Shown piece by piece: positions 30,663-32,000 of a stretch of DNA of 32,000 bases (within the stretch, counting starts at the first letter, position 1; every line of letters starts with the position of its first letter). Source of the DNA: Methanofollis ethanolicus. Lineage in GTDB: Archaea; Halobacteriota; Methanomicrobia; Methanomicrobiales; Methanofollaceae. The notes beneath the pieces were generated by a model. The model worked only from the letters and a program-made list of their open reading frames with translations, ran no database searches and was not told the origin of the DNA. A program made the position numbers and the translations under genes. The DNA lies in the NCBI RefSeq assembly GCF_001571385.1, contig NZ_BCNW01000001.1, forward strand, positions 2,177,470-2,209,469. The letters are read 5' to 3'.

Positions 30663-30905
30663 ATTCCGATTAGTAATGGTAATATACTATATATTGGATT
30701 TACTAATTGCAGACATATACAAACCATGCAGGCTGATTACGGCCAACGGAACACATATAGGGTTAATCCGTCTCTACGAGTTTCATGAGGGCCGGATACG
30801 GGACCGGGGATCTCGAATGCGGCGCGCAAAAGAGAGTGCACCGCCAACGGCACCAGAATAGGAAGAGAACAGCCGTCAACTGATCCCCACGGCAACCCTG
30901 CCGCC

Positions 30906-30936
30906 TTCTCGAAAACCCCGGGGGGTTTTCTCGAAC
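30906..30936. repeat. Palindromic GAAAACC-type hairpin 3' of the NTF2-like gene
   Basis: The sequence is tctcGAAAACCCCggGGGGTTTTCtcga. It has the same ctcGAA...TTCtcg stem type as the units at 21488-21617, 19171-19198 and 7582-7598. Confidence 0.65.
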
Positions 30937-31009
30937 CATTCCCGCCCCTACAGGTCATGTATGGTGCCCGGAAAAAAGAACCGGCGCCCCTTCCGGGACC
31001 GCCAATCAC

Positions 31010-31414
31010 TCACTCCTCCCCGCCCTCCGGCACGGAGACGTGTATCTGGACAAAGCGCCACCCGTCCCAGGTGTTCATCAGGACGGCGGTCAGGACGCCG
31101 TTCAGGTGCCGCACCCTGCCCTCCGCCGTGACCGTCATCTCGAAGGGCGTCGCCACCCAGGCGATGATCCCGTCCGCCGCGATCCTGAGGTCGCCGTATT
31201 CGAGCGAGAGATCGTCGCACCCTGCGAATTCGCGGGTGATGGCCGAGACGTACTCGTCGCGCCCCTCCACCCACTCCCCGCTCTCCGAACCGATCCCGAT
31301 CACCTCGGGCGCCAGCAGCGCCGCAACGCCGTCCGCGTCCTTTCGTCCGTACGCGGAGGCGTAGGCGTACATCGTCTTCGTCACCGCCTCACGTGTCTTT
31401 GCACTGAGAAACAT
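31010..31414 (-). CDS. SnoaL/NTF2-like (DUF4440-type) small protein
   Basis: 134 aa from 'MFLSAKTREAVTKTMYAYASAYGRKDADGVAALLAPEV...'. The C-terminal 'LTAVLMNTWDGWRFVQIHVSVP' is typical of the NTF2-like fold. The ORF extends to 31576, but the extra N-terminus is not protein-like; the start is uncertain. Confidence 0.65.
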   Translation of the reverse strand: MFLSAKTREAVTKTMYAYASAYGRKDADGVAALLAPEVIGIGSESGEWVEGRDEYVSAITREFAGCDDLSLEYGDLRIAADGIIAWVATPFEMTVTAEGRVRHLNGVLTAVLMNTWDGWRFVQIHVSVPEGGEE

Positions 31415-31659
31415 CTGTACAGAATAGAACAGAAAGGAGTTAGCCTTTCCTGACCCTGCGCCATCCGCGCCCCCTGCCGGCGAGATGAGAGCGGAGAACA
31501 CACCCGGAGCGAGAGGGTACGACAGAGACATAAGAAGAAAAAATACGCGACCCCGGCCTGATGAAACCGGAACCAATTAATACGATTATTGGAATGTCTT
31601 TTTAGCCTCCATTCCGGGAAATCCCCTTGTCCCGCCCCTTAATAGAGGAGACTTCAGAC

Positions 31660-32000
31660 ATGTACAGAGACACGTTGCAGTACCGATCAGAGTCAGCAAA
31701 AGGGGGGGATACCATACCAGAGCAAAAATACCAGATACCACGCGGGAGTTCTGCTCCCGGAGAGAGCATGCGGATGACCGGAAAATCCCTGGAAAAGAGA
31801 GACCACTCTCCCACAATCCCCGGGGGCGAATATCTGCTTCTCCTCGACGCCATGCCCGTACAGGCATGGACACTCTCCGACCCTTCGACATACGGGGCGG
31901 TCAACACCGCCAGGGCGGAGTTCCTCGGGCTGAAGAAAGAAAACCTTGAGAAACGGGCGATCAGGGACGTCATCCCAGAAGAAGATGAGGCGGCAACCTG
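31660..32000 (+). CDS. PAS-domain sensor protein, 5' partial (runs off window)
   Basis: I translated this frame manually. It is open from 31606 to the window end, with ATG 31660 nine nt after GAGGAG (alternative ATG 31768). 'EYLLLLDAMPVQAWTLSDPSTYGAVNTARAEFLGLKKENLEKRAIRDVIPEED' is a typical PAS N-terminal segment. It is not in the ORF track because no stop falls inside the window. Confidence 0.6.
   Translation, partial: MYRDTLQYRSESAKGGDTIPEQKYQIPRGSSAPGESMRMTGKSLEKRDHSPTIPGGEYLLLLDAMPVQAWTLSDPSTYGAVNTARAEFLGLKKENLEKRAIRDVIPEEDEAAT

Noticed and set aside
30649-30861. 70-aa ORF in the AT-rich island upstream of the giant surface-protein gene
   Set aside because: Its composition is completely unlike the genome's coding regions and it has no RBS or promoter context. 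The region is better explained as the promoter or regulatory DNA of the minus-strand gene.
31586-31973. Minus-strand ORFs 31586-31891 and 31602-31973
   Set aside because: The plus-strand frame over the same region is open to the window end. It has a GAGGAG-ATG start and encodes a recognisable PAS segment, whereas the minus-strand translations have no recognisable features.
1-32000. tRNA, rRNA, transposase, integrase or toxin-antitoxin genes
   Set aside because: I scanned the intergenic regions and the ORF track by eye. No cloverleaf-like sequences, DDE or tyrosine-recombinase motifs, or small paired ORFs were found.

Overview
Visibly GC-rich (about two-thirds G+C by eye) archaeal chromosome segment. 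It looks methanogen-like (Methanomicrobiales-type), judged from an XPD/Rad3 helicase, PGF-type C-terminal anchors, TATA-box promoters and oligo-T terminators. This taxonomic call is inference. Left third (0.2-10.7 kb) is ordinary housekeeping: a translationally coupled glycosylation operon (GT2, GT4, flavoprotein), pyrD-pyrK, ogt-panE-mobA, XPD helicase and an MscS channel. Centre (10.7-18.7 kb) is a six-gene, tightly coupled operon for an acetyl-CoA synthase / corrinoid Fe-S protein module. Its architecture is bacterial: AcsB with the N-terminal domain, short AcsD, AcsC, a 2Fe-2S RACo-type activase, a MetE/URO-D-like Zn methyltransferase where AcsE would be expected, and CooC. No CODH subunit gene is present in the window. 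This is my top candidate for undescribed biology. Right part holds a 1.2-kb non-coding gap, purB, two tandem paralogous giant surface proteins (Pmp-like beta-helix repeats, PEGA-like domain, seven PKD domains in the larger one, PGF-type anchor), a SnoaL/NTF2-like protein and the start of a PAS sensor. Nearly every long intergenic space is filled by a modular family of GC-rich hairpin repeats. These include a ~360-bp composite element in three copies, 'empty' and 'filled' G5ACT...C5 hairpins, and a 3-unit tandem array whose stems co-vary. No transposase, CRISPR array, tRNA or rRNA was seen. All homology statements rest on motif recognition by eye; no database search was run.
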